From a virus (taxonomy: Duplodnaviria > Heunggongvirae > Uroviricota > Caudoviricetes): 64,000 bases of DNA. The notes beneath the pieces are model-generated. The model saw nothing but the letters and a program-made list of their open reading frames with translations. It ran no database searches and was not told the DNA's origin. Of the stretch, positions 17,115 through 29,800 are shown one piece after another (within the stretch, counting starts at the first letter, position 1; every line of letters starts with the position of its first letter). The stretch lies in IMG/VR virus record IMGVR_UViG_3300020714_000006. One strand, given 5' to 3'. Both the position numbers and the translations under genes were made by a program.

Positions 17115-19292
17115 TTATATTATACCGCTATAAATTATATAGTTAATTCCATTTACTGGCGTCATGTTTGGAACAGAAAATGTAACAGATGACCCTGGAA
17201 CAGCATATGTTGAACCTAATACTACGCTTAAACTTGCATATTGTGACTTGGAATAAATGGTACCATCACATAGTAAATATCCTGGTGGTATTGTCCCTGG
17301 ATATAAAATAATTGTTCCTATTTGAATACTTGGAATATCTTGAATAAATGTTTGTTTAGTTGTTTTATATAAATCACTAGAACCTATATAAAACACAACA
17401 GGTGATGAATATGCACCAACAGTCTGCGATAAATTAATAGTCCATGCGTTTCCAGCACCAGATTGAATTGTAGTGCCAGTAAGAACGGTATTTACACCAG
17501 CATAAGCAGTACCAGTACCAAGGCCAGTACCGGCACCAGTAGCAACAAATGTGCTTCCAGGTGTATATGTTAACCCAACAGTTCCCGCAATAGTATTCCA
17601 TTGTAAATTAGTAGTTGTCCCAAATTCTATAATAGTATATTCACTACCTAATATAAAATTACCAACTGAAATTGGCGTTGTATCAACACCAAGAACTGCC
17701 ATATTTGTTCCAATAAGACTACTACCAAATGCAATAGCTCCAATATTTAATGTAGTTCCTGAAATATATCCAGAAACTTTTGCTGCATATTGTCTATAAA
17801 TAATCAATTCATCAATTGAACTAGAATCTGATAATGATTGTTTAGATGATACAGCTGATTGACTTAACGTAGCATTAAATGTTATCGGATCACCATTTCC
17901 ATTAAAATTAATAACATCACTTGTAACATCACCTGTTAAACTAAATGCAGTTGCATTTTTTAAATATACAGCAGAACCAGTAACATTTCCAGTAACACTT
18001 CCAGTAACATTACCATAAACATTGCCAGTTACATCACCAACAAATTTGTTTACATATATTCGTCTAAAACGTTGTGTTGATGACCCAATATCATATAATG
18101 GCGCAGATATTTCTAAACCTGTATTATCATTGGTAATGTATCCAGGAACAATTACCGAACCAGTTGTTGGTTCGCTAGGAATGACTGTTGTATCTAAATA
18201 ATTTAATATTAATGAGCCATTAGCAATTGTTAAATTTGAATTAATTGTTGCAGTTTTATCAACATATAATCCACCAGATGTTTGAATACTGGCTGTTTGT
18301 GTTCCAGAAGTTGATACATCAGATGTCCCAACAACTTTTAATATACCTGAAGATACAGTTACGGTTCCATTGACATCAAGGGTTGAGGTTGGAGTAACAG
18401 TTGCTATTCCTACTCTCTGCGATGGCGCAAAATAGGCAACAGATTTTACATTACTCAATGAATCTAATACTCGTATTTCTATTGAATTATTTCTAACATT
18501 AGATGAAATCAAATAATTTGAAGACGACGCAGCATCTGATGATAATATAAACTTTTTATCATCTCCTAACTGAATTGATGGAACAGAAATATAACTAGAT
18601 AACTCATTTGGTTGGTCACTTCTTACATATTTTCCACTATTAATACCACCTAAATTGTCTGCATTAGTTGCGGTTCCATTAAATTTATATGATGCTAATG
18701 AATTTAACGTAATACCAGATTTTATACTTGAAAACCCACTAATAGATACTTTTGGTGTAAATGTATCAGTGCTTACTATAGCAACTTTATCATTTGACGA
18801 ATATAAAGAAATTACGTTATGTGAAAAATTTGCACTATCGTCTATTTGTTCAAGTTTTTGACCAGTAACTGTTCCTTGACTTAATAAGGGACCAACTAGT
18901 GTCCATGCAGTACCAGAACCACTATAAATTGATAGTTGCTGATTGATCGTATCAACCCATATATCACCAGCATTAGCAACAGTTGGTTTAGTCGATGATT
19001 TTTTAACAGACCCAACTGGTGTCCAATTTGTTGATGTGCCATCATTATTAACCATCAATTGATTAGCTGAACTATCATACCATATTTGGCCTTGTACTGG
19101 ATTAATAGGGGATGTTGGATTTGCAAAATTTTCTAATAAATGTAAAAAATTATTTGCAACATATGGTCCATATCCTGCATAATTTTTACCAACAAACGTT
19201 AAACTAGTTTGATTATTAAGTGTTTCATCTGCAACAATAAATGCTGTTTTATGTGCATTATTTATTTCTGTATATGTTACCGGATAAGACAT
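17115..19292 (-). CDS. tail fibre/baseplate protein with C-terminal tail-collar domain
   Basis: FVGKNYAGYG...LLENFAN; IGTIILYPGTIPPGYLLCDG...FSVPN. Confidence 0.7.
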   Translation of the reverse strand: MSYPVTYTEINNAHKTAFIVADETLNNQTSLTFVGKNYAGYGPYVANNFLHLLENFANPTSPINPVQGQIWYDSSANQLMVNNDGTSTNWTPVGSVKKSSTKPTVANAGDIWVDTINQQLSIYSGSGTAWTLVGPLLSQGTVTGQKLEQIDDSANFSHNVISLYSSNDKVAIVSTDTFTPKVSISGFSSIKSGITLNSLASYKFNGTATNADNLGGINSGKYVRSDQPNELSSYISVPSIQLGDDKKFILSSDAASSSNYLISSNVRNNSIEIRVLDSLSNVKSVAYFAPSQRVGIATVTPTSTLDVNGTVTVSSGILKVVGTSDVSTSGTQTASIQTSGGLYVDKTATINSNLTIANGSLILNYLDTTVIPSEPTTGSVIVPGYITNDNTGLEISAPLYDIGSSTQRFRRIYVNKFVGDVTGNVYGNVTGSVTGNVTGSAVYLKNATAFSLTGDVTSDVINFNGNGDPITFNATLSQSAVSSKQSLSDSSSIDELIIYRQYAAKVSGYISGTTLNIGAIAFGSSLIGTNMAVLGVDTTPISVGNFILGSEYTIIEFGTTTNLQWNTIAGTVGLTYTPGSTFVATGAGTGLGTGTAYAGVNTVLTGTTIQSGAGNAWTINLSQTVGAYSSPVVFYIGSSDLYKTTKQTFIQDIPSIQIGTIILYPGTIPPGYLLCDGTIYSKSQYASLSVVLGSTYAVPGSSVTFSVPNMTPVNGINYIIYSGII

Positions 19293-19295
19293 CTA

Positions 19296-19895
19296 TTAAA
19301 CTCCCGTTAAGGTTTGAATACGAACTGTATAATCAATTTGAACCAATCTGTTTAAAGATTTTTGAACAGGATGAAAAACAACGTGTGTTAATAACATATC
19401 ATTTCCACTTTGATCATAACTTTGTAATCCCAATTCATCAAACACATATTCTTGCTCACCATTTGGTGTGGTATCATATGCACTTTGATTAGTTGGTTCA
19501 CCATAATCTAACAAACATGTTACAACTACATCTGTATAATTATTACCAGTTGTATGTAATACTGAAAGATAATTTCTGGTTGGGTCTGAATTATCAGATG
19601 ACCTAGCATTAATTACTTTTGTATATGTTTGGTTGTATAAACTGGCATTTGACCCAGAACTATTTGGAGTTAAATAAGTAATAATTCCAGTTGGATCAAC
19701 TGATGTGCCACCATTTCCTAATGCCATGTTATAAATGTATTGTTGTCCACTATTAGCTATACCATTTGCTAATGCTATACTCATATTTTCATAGTGAATT
19801 GCGTTTCTTTTATTAATAAAGATCTCATTAGATATTGGATCCCAAATCTTTATATGACCTTCAATGTGAATTCCTGTTTGTTCTTTACTTTGCAT
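19296..19895 (-). CDS. putative baseplate structural protein
   Basis: 199-aa ORF in the tail block; ATAAATA-type promoter at 19916-19923 (-). Confidence 0.6.
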   Translation of the reverse strand: MQSKEQTGIHIEGHIKIWDPISNEIFINKRNAIHYENMSIALANGIANSGQQYIYNMALGNGGTSVDPTGIITYLTPNSSGSNASLYNQTYTKVINARSSDNSDPTRNYLSVLHTTGNNYTDVVVTCLLDYGEPTNQSAYDTTPNGEQEYVFDELGLQSYDQSGNDMLLTHVVFHPVQKSLNRLVQIDYTVRIQTLTGV

Positions 19896-19947
19896 AGTAA
19901 TCTCTCATTATATTATATTTATCGACTTTCATTATATACATATATAA

Positions 19948-20796
19948 TTATTGTTTCATAATATAGGCTAATGCAAAATATGGTGGTAAATTAGCATTAG
20001 TTCCACTCGCACCAGTTATATCAGTAGAACCACCGATTGTTCCTGCTGGTGTTCCAGCAGATGCAGCTGCTATTGTGATACCAGTTGTTGCTGTTCCTGT
20101 AGTTCCTGTTGTATCAGTTGCAAAATTAGTTCCACTCCCAGAACCGCCTGTTGTTGATGCATGTGTTACATAAGTATGGTTGTGTCCAGGATCAGTGATG
20201 GTATGGTCATGCGTAGGAAGCGCACTACCAGTAAATGTTGCAGCAGCTAATGAGTGACTATGTGATACTACAGTAGAATTTGCACTACCACCAGTTTGTG
20301 CAACGGTATATGTAGTACCAGCACCAACAATAAATCTATTTCTTAAATCTGGTGTGCCATTTGTTCCATCACATAATAACCATCCGGTAGGAACCGCCGT
20401 TGTAGCACCAGACCACATTACAATAATACCAGTAACAATAGGTGAAACAACAGCAGCAGCTGGATGAACATGGTCTTGTCTAGCATATAATAATGAAGTT
20501 CCAACCGCCGCTACTCCATCAACTAATGGTGCAACAGTTGCTGGTGATATAATGGCACCTGCGCTAATAACACCAGAACTATTGATTGTTATAGTTGTAC
20601 CATCAACTATAACACCACCTAATACGGAATTAGATGCAGTTGGTAATGTATAATCAATTATTTGATTTACAGCCGTGTATATTGTTGAAAAATTGTCATT
20701 TATAATATTTCCACCATCTCTAAGGGTTGTTCCCTGTCCATTATTTGCTATTGCACCTAGGTTTATTAATGTTGGATTTGATACTCTTGTTGTCAT
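19948..20796 (-). CDS. tail-collar domain fibre protein
   Basis: GIIVMWSG...PTGWLLCDGTNGTPDLRNRFIVGAG; HxH repeats; NLPPYFALAYIM. Confidence 0.8.
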   Translation of the reverse strand: MTTRVSNPTLINLGAIANNGQGTTLRDGGNIINDNFSTIYTAVNQIIDYTLPTASNSVLGGVIVDGTTITINSSGVISAGAIISPATVAPLVDGVAAVGTSLLYARQDHVHPAAAVVSPIVTGIIVMWSGATTAVPTGWLLCDGTNGTPDLRNRFIVGAGTTYTVAQTGGSANSTVVSHSHSLAAATFTGSALPTHDHTITDPGHNHTYVTHASTTGGSGSGTNFATDTTGTTGTATTGITIAAASAGTPAGTIGGSTDITGASGTNANLPPYFALAYIMKQ

Positions 20797-20819
20797 TGTT
20801 ATATCCTTATTTTTCGCTA

Positions 20820-23800
20820 TTATAATATAGCATATTTATTATTCCATACTGAACCATATTGTTTAACTATGGTAATACGTGTTCCAACAGGAACTGGATT
20901 TGTTAATCGTATTTGTTTAGCTATTCCATTAACTGAAAAATCTGCATCAAATTGTGTATCGCCTTTTGGACTATATGGCGATTTATTAACATTAAATGCT
21001 TTATATGGTTGCTTTTTCAATCTTATGTTACTAATAAAGAATGACCATACCATACCAGAATCAACATTTGATTCAATTGTATTAGTGGTATTATCATTAT
21101 TAATTGTTACTGTAGTAACTACATCATTAAATGTAGTTCCACTGATATGGCTTTGTGTACATTTATATGTATATGACCCAAATATAACAATATCACCAAC
21201 TGCATATATAACTGAGGGTGTCCATGTTGAAATATCATAACCACCAATAAACACTTCTATATCATCACATTGCCCATAATCAGCTGGAATTACTGTATTA
21301 AATACTGAATCAGCAATATATGCCTCACCGTTTCCTAAATTATACCCAATAGTAGCTGCGACAAAAGTAGTACCAGGAGAATATGTAACACCAGTTGTTC
21401 CACCAATTTGATTCCAACTGGCATTAGTAGTATTCCCAAGTTTTTTAATTGTATAAGTATCACCTACGATAAAAGATCCTACTGTAACAATAGTTCCTAT
21501 ATCATATGTCCAATTTAAATATGCATCACCAGTCCCATACGCAAGTTGGGTTAATGTATCTATACCAGTTGATGCTGCAATAAATCTTACACCAACATCA
21601 TAAGTTACATCAGTGGTACCGCCAATAATATTCCAGTGTGTATTAGATGTAGTTCCTATAGTTTTTATAGTATACTCATTTCCAATAACAAATAATCCAA
21701 CAGGTACGTGTGTGCGCGTTGGAATAACATCAATATCAATAGTATTATTGTTTGTAATCATTGATTGGGTTACAATAACATTTTGTGATATAGTTTTATC
21801 ATTATATGATATATTAGAACTCGGACCAATATTTTGAACTGTAGTTCCTTTATTATACAACGGTGCAGCACCGGTTCCTAACGTAGCTCTTCTTAATTGA
21901 GTTAACTTATTGCCTACTATTTCAAAATATTCAATACGTTCAGATCCAATTTCAATAACCCCTGGAATATTTTTAGAAGGATTTGGCATATCAAATACAT
22001 TGTTTTCTTGAACAATTATAGAAATATCATTCCATTTCAAATCTTCTGCTAAAGTGGTTTGTTTTGATGTATCAATATCTTTATAATGCATTCTATTCAG
22101 CATATCTTTAAACTGCATAAATGCTAAATTAGATGTAGTATTACTGTTAAATGTGATAACATCAAATATATCAGTTTTAATTGGTGGTATAAGTAATGTT
22201 ATGCTATCTCTATCCATAGTTAAAATAAAGTCAACATCTGGTGTTAATAATATTCCATTTTTAATAACCCATATGTAGTTTTCATTAAGAACTTTTTTTG
22301 GTAACATTATTGTTCCACTATATACTGTTAAATCATTATAATATTGTGGAGTATCAATTGTATGAATAATCTGTGGAACGTTAAGTTGCGATCTTTCTAC
22401 CTGCAAAATACTATTATTATATGAACTAGTTACAGTAACATTACTTGAATCAGCTATTTCAATAGTAAATGAAATACTAGGACTTCCACCAGTCGATGGA
22501 TAATATGTATATTGTGTTGGAACTAAAATAGTATTATCAACGACAACAATCATATTATTTTCATTATTATTGGCAGTTCCGACAATACTATTTAAATTTA
22601 CAAGAGTATTTGCTGGTAATCCACCAGATGGTATTAAAATTTGTTCGGTAGTTGTTATTGTAAAAGTTCTTATTAAACTATCAACCACGATATAACTTAT
22701 TACTGCATTAACATCTGGTGGCGTTGCAAAACGCAATCCTAATATTTCAGCTGATGTTTGATAAGAAGTATATTCAACTGCATATCCATTAACAAACACA
22801 TCAACTAAATACGACGCATCCCACATAGTTCTCGTTGTATATTCAGTTGTGAACCCATCGGCAATAATATAGCCAATATCCAATGTATTGGTAGAATTCA
22901 CACCTATACTAAATATTGCTATTACACCTCCAATTACAGGTGGTGTTGTAAATACTATCGTGTTATTAGTATAATCAACTGAATAGTCAACATCTAATGT
23001 TTGAATAACTGTTGTTGATGTTATAGATGTCCCATTATTAATAAATGTTTCAAGTGTTACTATTGCTGCTTGGTTACTATTTAAACGTTGTCTAATATTA
23101 AAATCAGTAGTAACTCCATCAGCAACATATTTGTCAACTTTCACATTACCAGATACTATAGCATTCTGTTCAAACACTTTAATTTCTAATGCATCAACTA
23201 TTTGACCTGGCACAACTTCTTCTGGTGCATAACTGGTCATTGGAGTTACAAAGCCATCACCATCTATAACAACATCACCAGGTGCATATCCAGTAGCACT
23301 AATATATGCTAAATCGCCGCCATCATATGCTGTATCATAATCATCTGAAAAGGTTTTTATTGATCCATCACTTGTACTTTCACGGAATATGAATACATCG
23401 TTTGCATTGACTTGTAAATTAGATGGAACATTTATGTTTATACTTCTATCTATATTAATTGTCACTTCAGTAGATGAAATTAGCCCTATTATTGGTGAAG
23501 TCATTACTGCATGTGTATTTAATTGGTCAATAGTATCAAAATGCAAGTCATCTATACGAACACCATTCATATATACATTTATTATAGTTCCAACAGTTGG
23601 AATATATGAAAGTTTAAATGTATGTGTTCCAGAAACTTCTACAACAATTTTGTTATCAGTAAATGTTGGATCATAGCTATCCCATCTATCAGATAAATAT
23701 GGTAAACTATCCCATCCATGATTTATTGCAAACGATAATCCATCAATTAGAACTCCACCATAATCTATACCTGTCATTAATTGAGTTAAATCTTTCCCTA

Positions 23801-26800
23801 GATTATTCGTTGATGGATTGTAGTAAAAATTAATTCTATCAGCTGCATTTAATATTGATGCATCTTTTACGTATGTTATAGATACTATATCATTTGCTTG
23901 CACTGCATCATGTAACGTTAGAGTTCCATAATACTTATCATATATTATACCGTTATATTCATTGTATTTTAATGTTTCAATACTTAATGAATATGAATCA
24001 GGAGTAATTGGCAAGTTATTTACAGTAACAGAAGAATATCCTATCTTAATATCAGGGGACCATAATAATTCAAATGTAGTCTGATTAGCAATTGCAGTAA
24101 ATGATTCAACTTCTTGCAATTTATTAATATAATAATTGTGTGTTATTCTATCAAATTTAAGATTTATTCTATTTGTTCTAACTAAACTATTACCAATATA
24201 AACACACGCAGTAACACCTTGTCCAAATGGTGGTTGTTCTATTATCAGAGTTGGTGTTGATAAAAATCCTTTCCCACCTGATACTATTTCTATACTAGTA
24301 ACTCTACCAAGAAAATCTATTTGCGCATTTAATACTGCACCATTATCTGGTACTACTGTTATTTTTGGGGCAGTTATATATCCATATCCACCATTAATAA
24401 TTTTAATAGATTTAATAGAAAATCCTGCATTATCATACCAACTTTTCCATGGATATTGCTGAACTTCAGTGTTATATACTACTATTTTATTATCTACTAA
24501 ATATGCTTCTATAACATTAGTTCCACCTTGTGCATAGATTGGTGGTAAATCAAAATCTGTTGATAGAATATTACCAGATTCAATATTTGTATATGAACTT
24601 ATATATTCTCTAACTTTAGTTCTATATGGTTTTACTTCAGCTACATAATTTTCAAAATCAACTAAATTATCATTTTTAAAAGTAACTGGTTGGTTTAATG
24701 TTCCTACATTATGTTTTGCCTTTACAAAACTAGATTTAAAAATCCAATCTATATATTTTTGTTCATTGTGTGCATATCGAACACTATTAAAAAATAAATT
24801 CAAGTAATCAGTTTTTAATTCATTTATAAAAATATCTGTTTTAAATGCATTTAAAATAATTCGCAATTCGGTGGATGAGTTGTTATCATACCCAATGCTA
24901 TCATATAATGTTCCATCATATTGTGGCGAATCATACAATTTGCTATTTAATTGAATAGTTCCATTTTGAATACCTACTACTTTATATGTCTTAGTCCAAT
25001 CTAATGAATCTATCAAACTATAACGTTTTAATAATATCCATTCGCCATTATTACCTAATCTAACTTTAATTGTATCATTAACATTTGTAGAAATGCCCTG
25101 TAAATCAGCAAATATACTAACAGAATAATCAATAGCCGTAAATTGGTTATATCCAATTTCATACCAATCAACATAATACCAAAATTCACTAGCATCATAT
25201 GATTTACTTAAAATTCTGCTCCAAGAATTTGTTTCTAAATTGAATGAATATATACTCCATGTATCATTTGATTGAGAATCACTAAGTACTAATGCAGCAA
25301 AATTTCTTGTTTGTAATTTAGTGGTATAGTCATAACCATTTCCACCATTTATAACTTTAACATCTACAATCTGCCCTTTTGTATTAAGAATAGCTTTTAA
25401 TACGGCATCAACACCCGTTCCAATAACCTTAATTACTGGTGATATAACATATCCAAATCCAGTAGATAAGATTGTTACACTTGATATTTTACCATCGATA
25501 ATTACTGCCGATAATACTGGTACTTTATAAGAACTAGCCGAATTAAATTGTAATTCAGCATCGGTGTTTATTACAATATCATATAATCCAGATGTTAAGC
25601 TTGGTGCTTGATCATACTGTGATATACCTTCTAAATTTCTTGTACTAGCAATTTGATTTTGTAGTAAAATAGTATTTGCTTGTTCTACAAGTTCTTTAAT
25701 AGCTTCAAATCTATTCACAAACATAGATTGGCGTGGTCTGTTTTCAACACCATATTTTAATTTTAATGGCAATGAGGTATCTGGAACTAAGTTACCAAAA
25801 TTATCACTACCACATAGACTATCAAACCATTTTTGTTCTATAGTGTTTGGTAAAATTGTTGATTGATCATTACTAATAATTTTCCACTGTGCATGAATAT
25901 TTTGATCTGTTTTATCTATTAACCAATACTGAATAGATAATATAACATCATTATTTGATAAAACTTGTCCAACATTTGCCACTTCAAATGTATTTTGACT
26001 AGTAATCGCAATATATTTGTATGCATTTTTTACTGGGCTTGTTATTAAACTTGATATATTCTGTGCAGAGGTATATCTTCCAGGAATATTTGGAACTATT
26101 GCTTTATTTTTAACCCAAAAGTAATATGTATTTTTTATTGTTTTACTTACGTTATCATAATATTTTTTAATACAATAGCAAGTATCACCATATAATGATT
26201 TACCACTTATATTCAATGATAGTCCAGCATCGGTATCCGCTTGGGTATCCCATACTGATGGCAACAAATTAGTTTCCACCCATTCATATATGTCTATAGA
26301 TGCACCATGTACTAATGTATTCCAAGTGCTACTTCTATATGTAATATCAGAATCATAACTTTCAATGAATTTGGCTGTTCGCACATCCCACCATAATTTA
26401 CCAACTTGGTTAGTAGTCCATGCTATACTTTCATCAACATTTACAGATGAATCACCAATTGAATATATGGCAGGATCATAGAAAGTTTTATAACTTAATT
26501 CCTGTTCAGCTATTCCAGCAATTTTACCTTGTAATGGATCTATTACATCTAAATAACTTATTAATTCATTTTTTTGTTTGTTATATAAAAATGTTTGTTT
26601 AATCTTATTAATATCTGGCTTATCAATTTCTTGATGTTTTTGTGTCCAGCTATAAGCATCGCTAGCTTTTATATATTCAAATATTAAGCCAGATCTAGGT
26701 GAATTAATATCATATTCATATGGTGTTCCTATTAATATTTTATTTAATGATATACAAAATCCTAATTTATTACTATCATTCTCTATATTAATAACCGCAG

Positions 26801-29800
26801 TGCCGGTACCAGACCCAACCATAGATGGAATACCAATATTAACTTCAAATCCAGCACCAACCATTCCTAGTTGAGCTGTTAATATAGTTGTATTATCAAC
26901 AAATCCATATCCATTGCTAACAAATGTAATAGTTGAAACTAAATTATTAGTAACTGTTATATTAACAATTGGATATATTGTAGCAGTTGTCCCACTTAGA
27001 TAGGTTAATTGAATATTATCATATTGTCCATTTACATATCCTTCACCATTAGCTAATATATTTAATGAAGTTGCACTACTAGATGCAATAAATGTTATAC
27101 CAACTGCATTGCTTGATGCTCCAATTAATGTAAAATCAGTTGTTCCAACAGTCATAATAGTATATGAATTACCTGTAATAAATGTACCAGCTGTGTCAAT
27201 TAACAATGGCAATCTTTCACTATAAATCCACTTTGTATTATATATATCATAAACATCAATCATACTAGATACTGAATTTTCATATTTACTATGAATAACA
27301 AGTGTGTCATAATTATCCATAAATTCAATATTTGTACCAAATTCTGAATTTATTGATGGATATAAATTATCAATTTGTTGATATAACGCATAAGATGATG
27401 CTGTTTGTTTATAAACTTGAACACTACCTTGATGAGAATATGTTATCCCAGAATATAAACTATCAGAAACTGCTATATAATCACCAAATGTTGATATAGC
27501 AATACTATTTCCAAATGAATTAGTTTGTCCAGTTATAGTTTGAATTAAAGTTCCAGAATTATATACAGATACTGCACCAACTGATGATATTATCAAAGTT
27601 TCATTATTACTTACTTTTATGTTTGCCCCAAAGTTATCACCAGAATTAATCCCAGTTAATGATGAAGTCAAATTGTAGTGCCAGTTATATGTTACAAATT
27701 GTAATAACCCAGAAGGTTGTGTATCTGGATTTGATGATAAAATCAATGTTGGAATATTACTAATATTATTTGGTATTAACTGTACTACTTGTTGATTACT
27801 AGTAAACCCATTTCCAATTACATACATTGCAAAAACATCTATACCTGGTGCGCTAACCAAATTTAGTGTAGTTCCAGTGCTATTATATGGCTCATAATAG
27901 GATGACGCATGTACAGTCATCTCATAATTAATTTTATAAACTTTTCCAGTATTATTATTTCCACCTGACGCACCAATGTACAAACAGTTTTGACCAAATT
28001 CCAAACTGGACCCAAAGTATTCATTCATATCTGGTTGTGGACTTACAAATGTCACTACATGATAGTAACTTTTGGTTTTATCCATTTTATATAATGATAC
28101 AACACCTTGGTTAATTAAAGATGAATTTGTACCAGAAATAGATGTATACACTAATTCAGAAGTGTTTTTAATACTATTTCTTACAGCAGTTCCATTACCT
28201 GAGCCAATACCCGTTGCAACAAATACTATACCAATTGCATTTTTTGATGCACCTATTAATGTAAAATCGGTAGATGGTGCACTGCCAAGTGAAATGATAG
28301 TATAAGTAGCACCTACTATAAAGACTCCTGCAGTAACAGGTGAAGTATCAACAGCGGCACCATCTCCTGTCCCAGCACCAGTAGCAATAAATATCTGTCC
28401 AACCACATTTGAGGTTGCTCCAATTGCAGTAAAGTCAGTTGTTCCGAGTAATGTAATAGTATATGTTTTACCAACAATAAATGATCCAGCAGTTATAAAA
28501 GCAAGATTATTATCAAAAGTAACAGAAGTATTATTTACTGGTATCATACTATTATCAAATGTTACACTAATATTACTCAATTCAGTACATACATTACTAC
28601 TTTCTGGCGAGCCAACAGCTATCCATGTGCCATCATTAGATATACTAACAACTGTTCCAAATGCACTCAATGGGTTTTGATCATCCAAAGATATAAATGG
28701 GTTAGTTAAAACTTGATGCAATGATAACAGAGAAGTTTTATATGTAGTATAAACATAGATTCCACCTAATGCAGTTGAAATTACTACATTACTTCCGGTA
28801 CTATCAGATGCGATTGCCCTACCATAATTAACTTGTGATGTTGGATACGGATTTGGTAATAATCTACCACTATACACAGAATTGTATTCCCATGTTGCCC
28901 ATTTTCCAAAACCATTATCATCAGTCCATAATAATTCATTAGATTTTAATGGATAATGTAATATAGAATTAGCATCATCAATAGTTGTTGCACGTTGTGA
29001 TGTTAAATGATAAATTCTAATTGTATTTTGTTCAGTAAATGGTGATGCTACAGTTATACCAGGTGCTGATACAATTAAAATATTATTCGCATATGATATT
29101 ACTTTATAAAATCCTGAAAATTTTGTAACATTTGATATCCCAATATAATCACCAGATGCAATAGAAGTATTTCCAGTTACATCAATAGTAAGTTGGTTAC
29201 TATCATATGTTGCATTAGTAACAGCAAAATTAGTTGCAGTATATCTATAAATGTTCCATTCTGTATTTTCAAATGTACACCAAACATAATCACCTTCTGT
29301 AAATTGAGTAATATCTTGTGTTAAGATTTCAGAAATATATTTTAAAGTCAATGATACCTGGTTAGATCTAACATATCCACCTGGTCTTAAGAATTTCTTA
29401 CTTGATGAAACAATTGGAAATAAATTTGATTCATATTCAGCTGGTTTTACATATATATCTGATGGTATTTGTTGTATAGAATAACCAGTATTCTGTGTCT
29501 TTTTGTCAACTAATTCTATAACTTGTGGATTATTTTTAAACTTTTCTTCAGGCAATACAAATTCCACTTCAGCAAATGCTGAACTAGCCCCATATTGGCC
29601 AACTCGAACTGCCCATTCTTCATAGAATGTCAAACTTTCTTTATTATCTAAAGTTAACACACCAAACAATTTATTGAAAACGTTTTGTGTACCTTTTTCA
29701 GCAATCATACCTTGGTAAAATTTAAATTCACTAACATCATCTTGAATGATATTATTAAGATATTGACGTTTTTGATATCCAATTAAATGTTGTGCCATTG

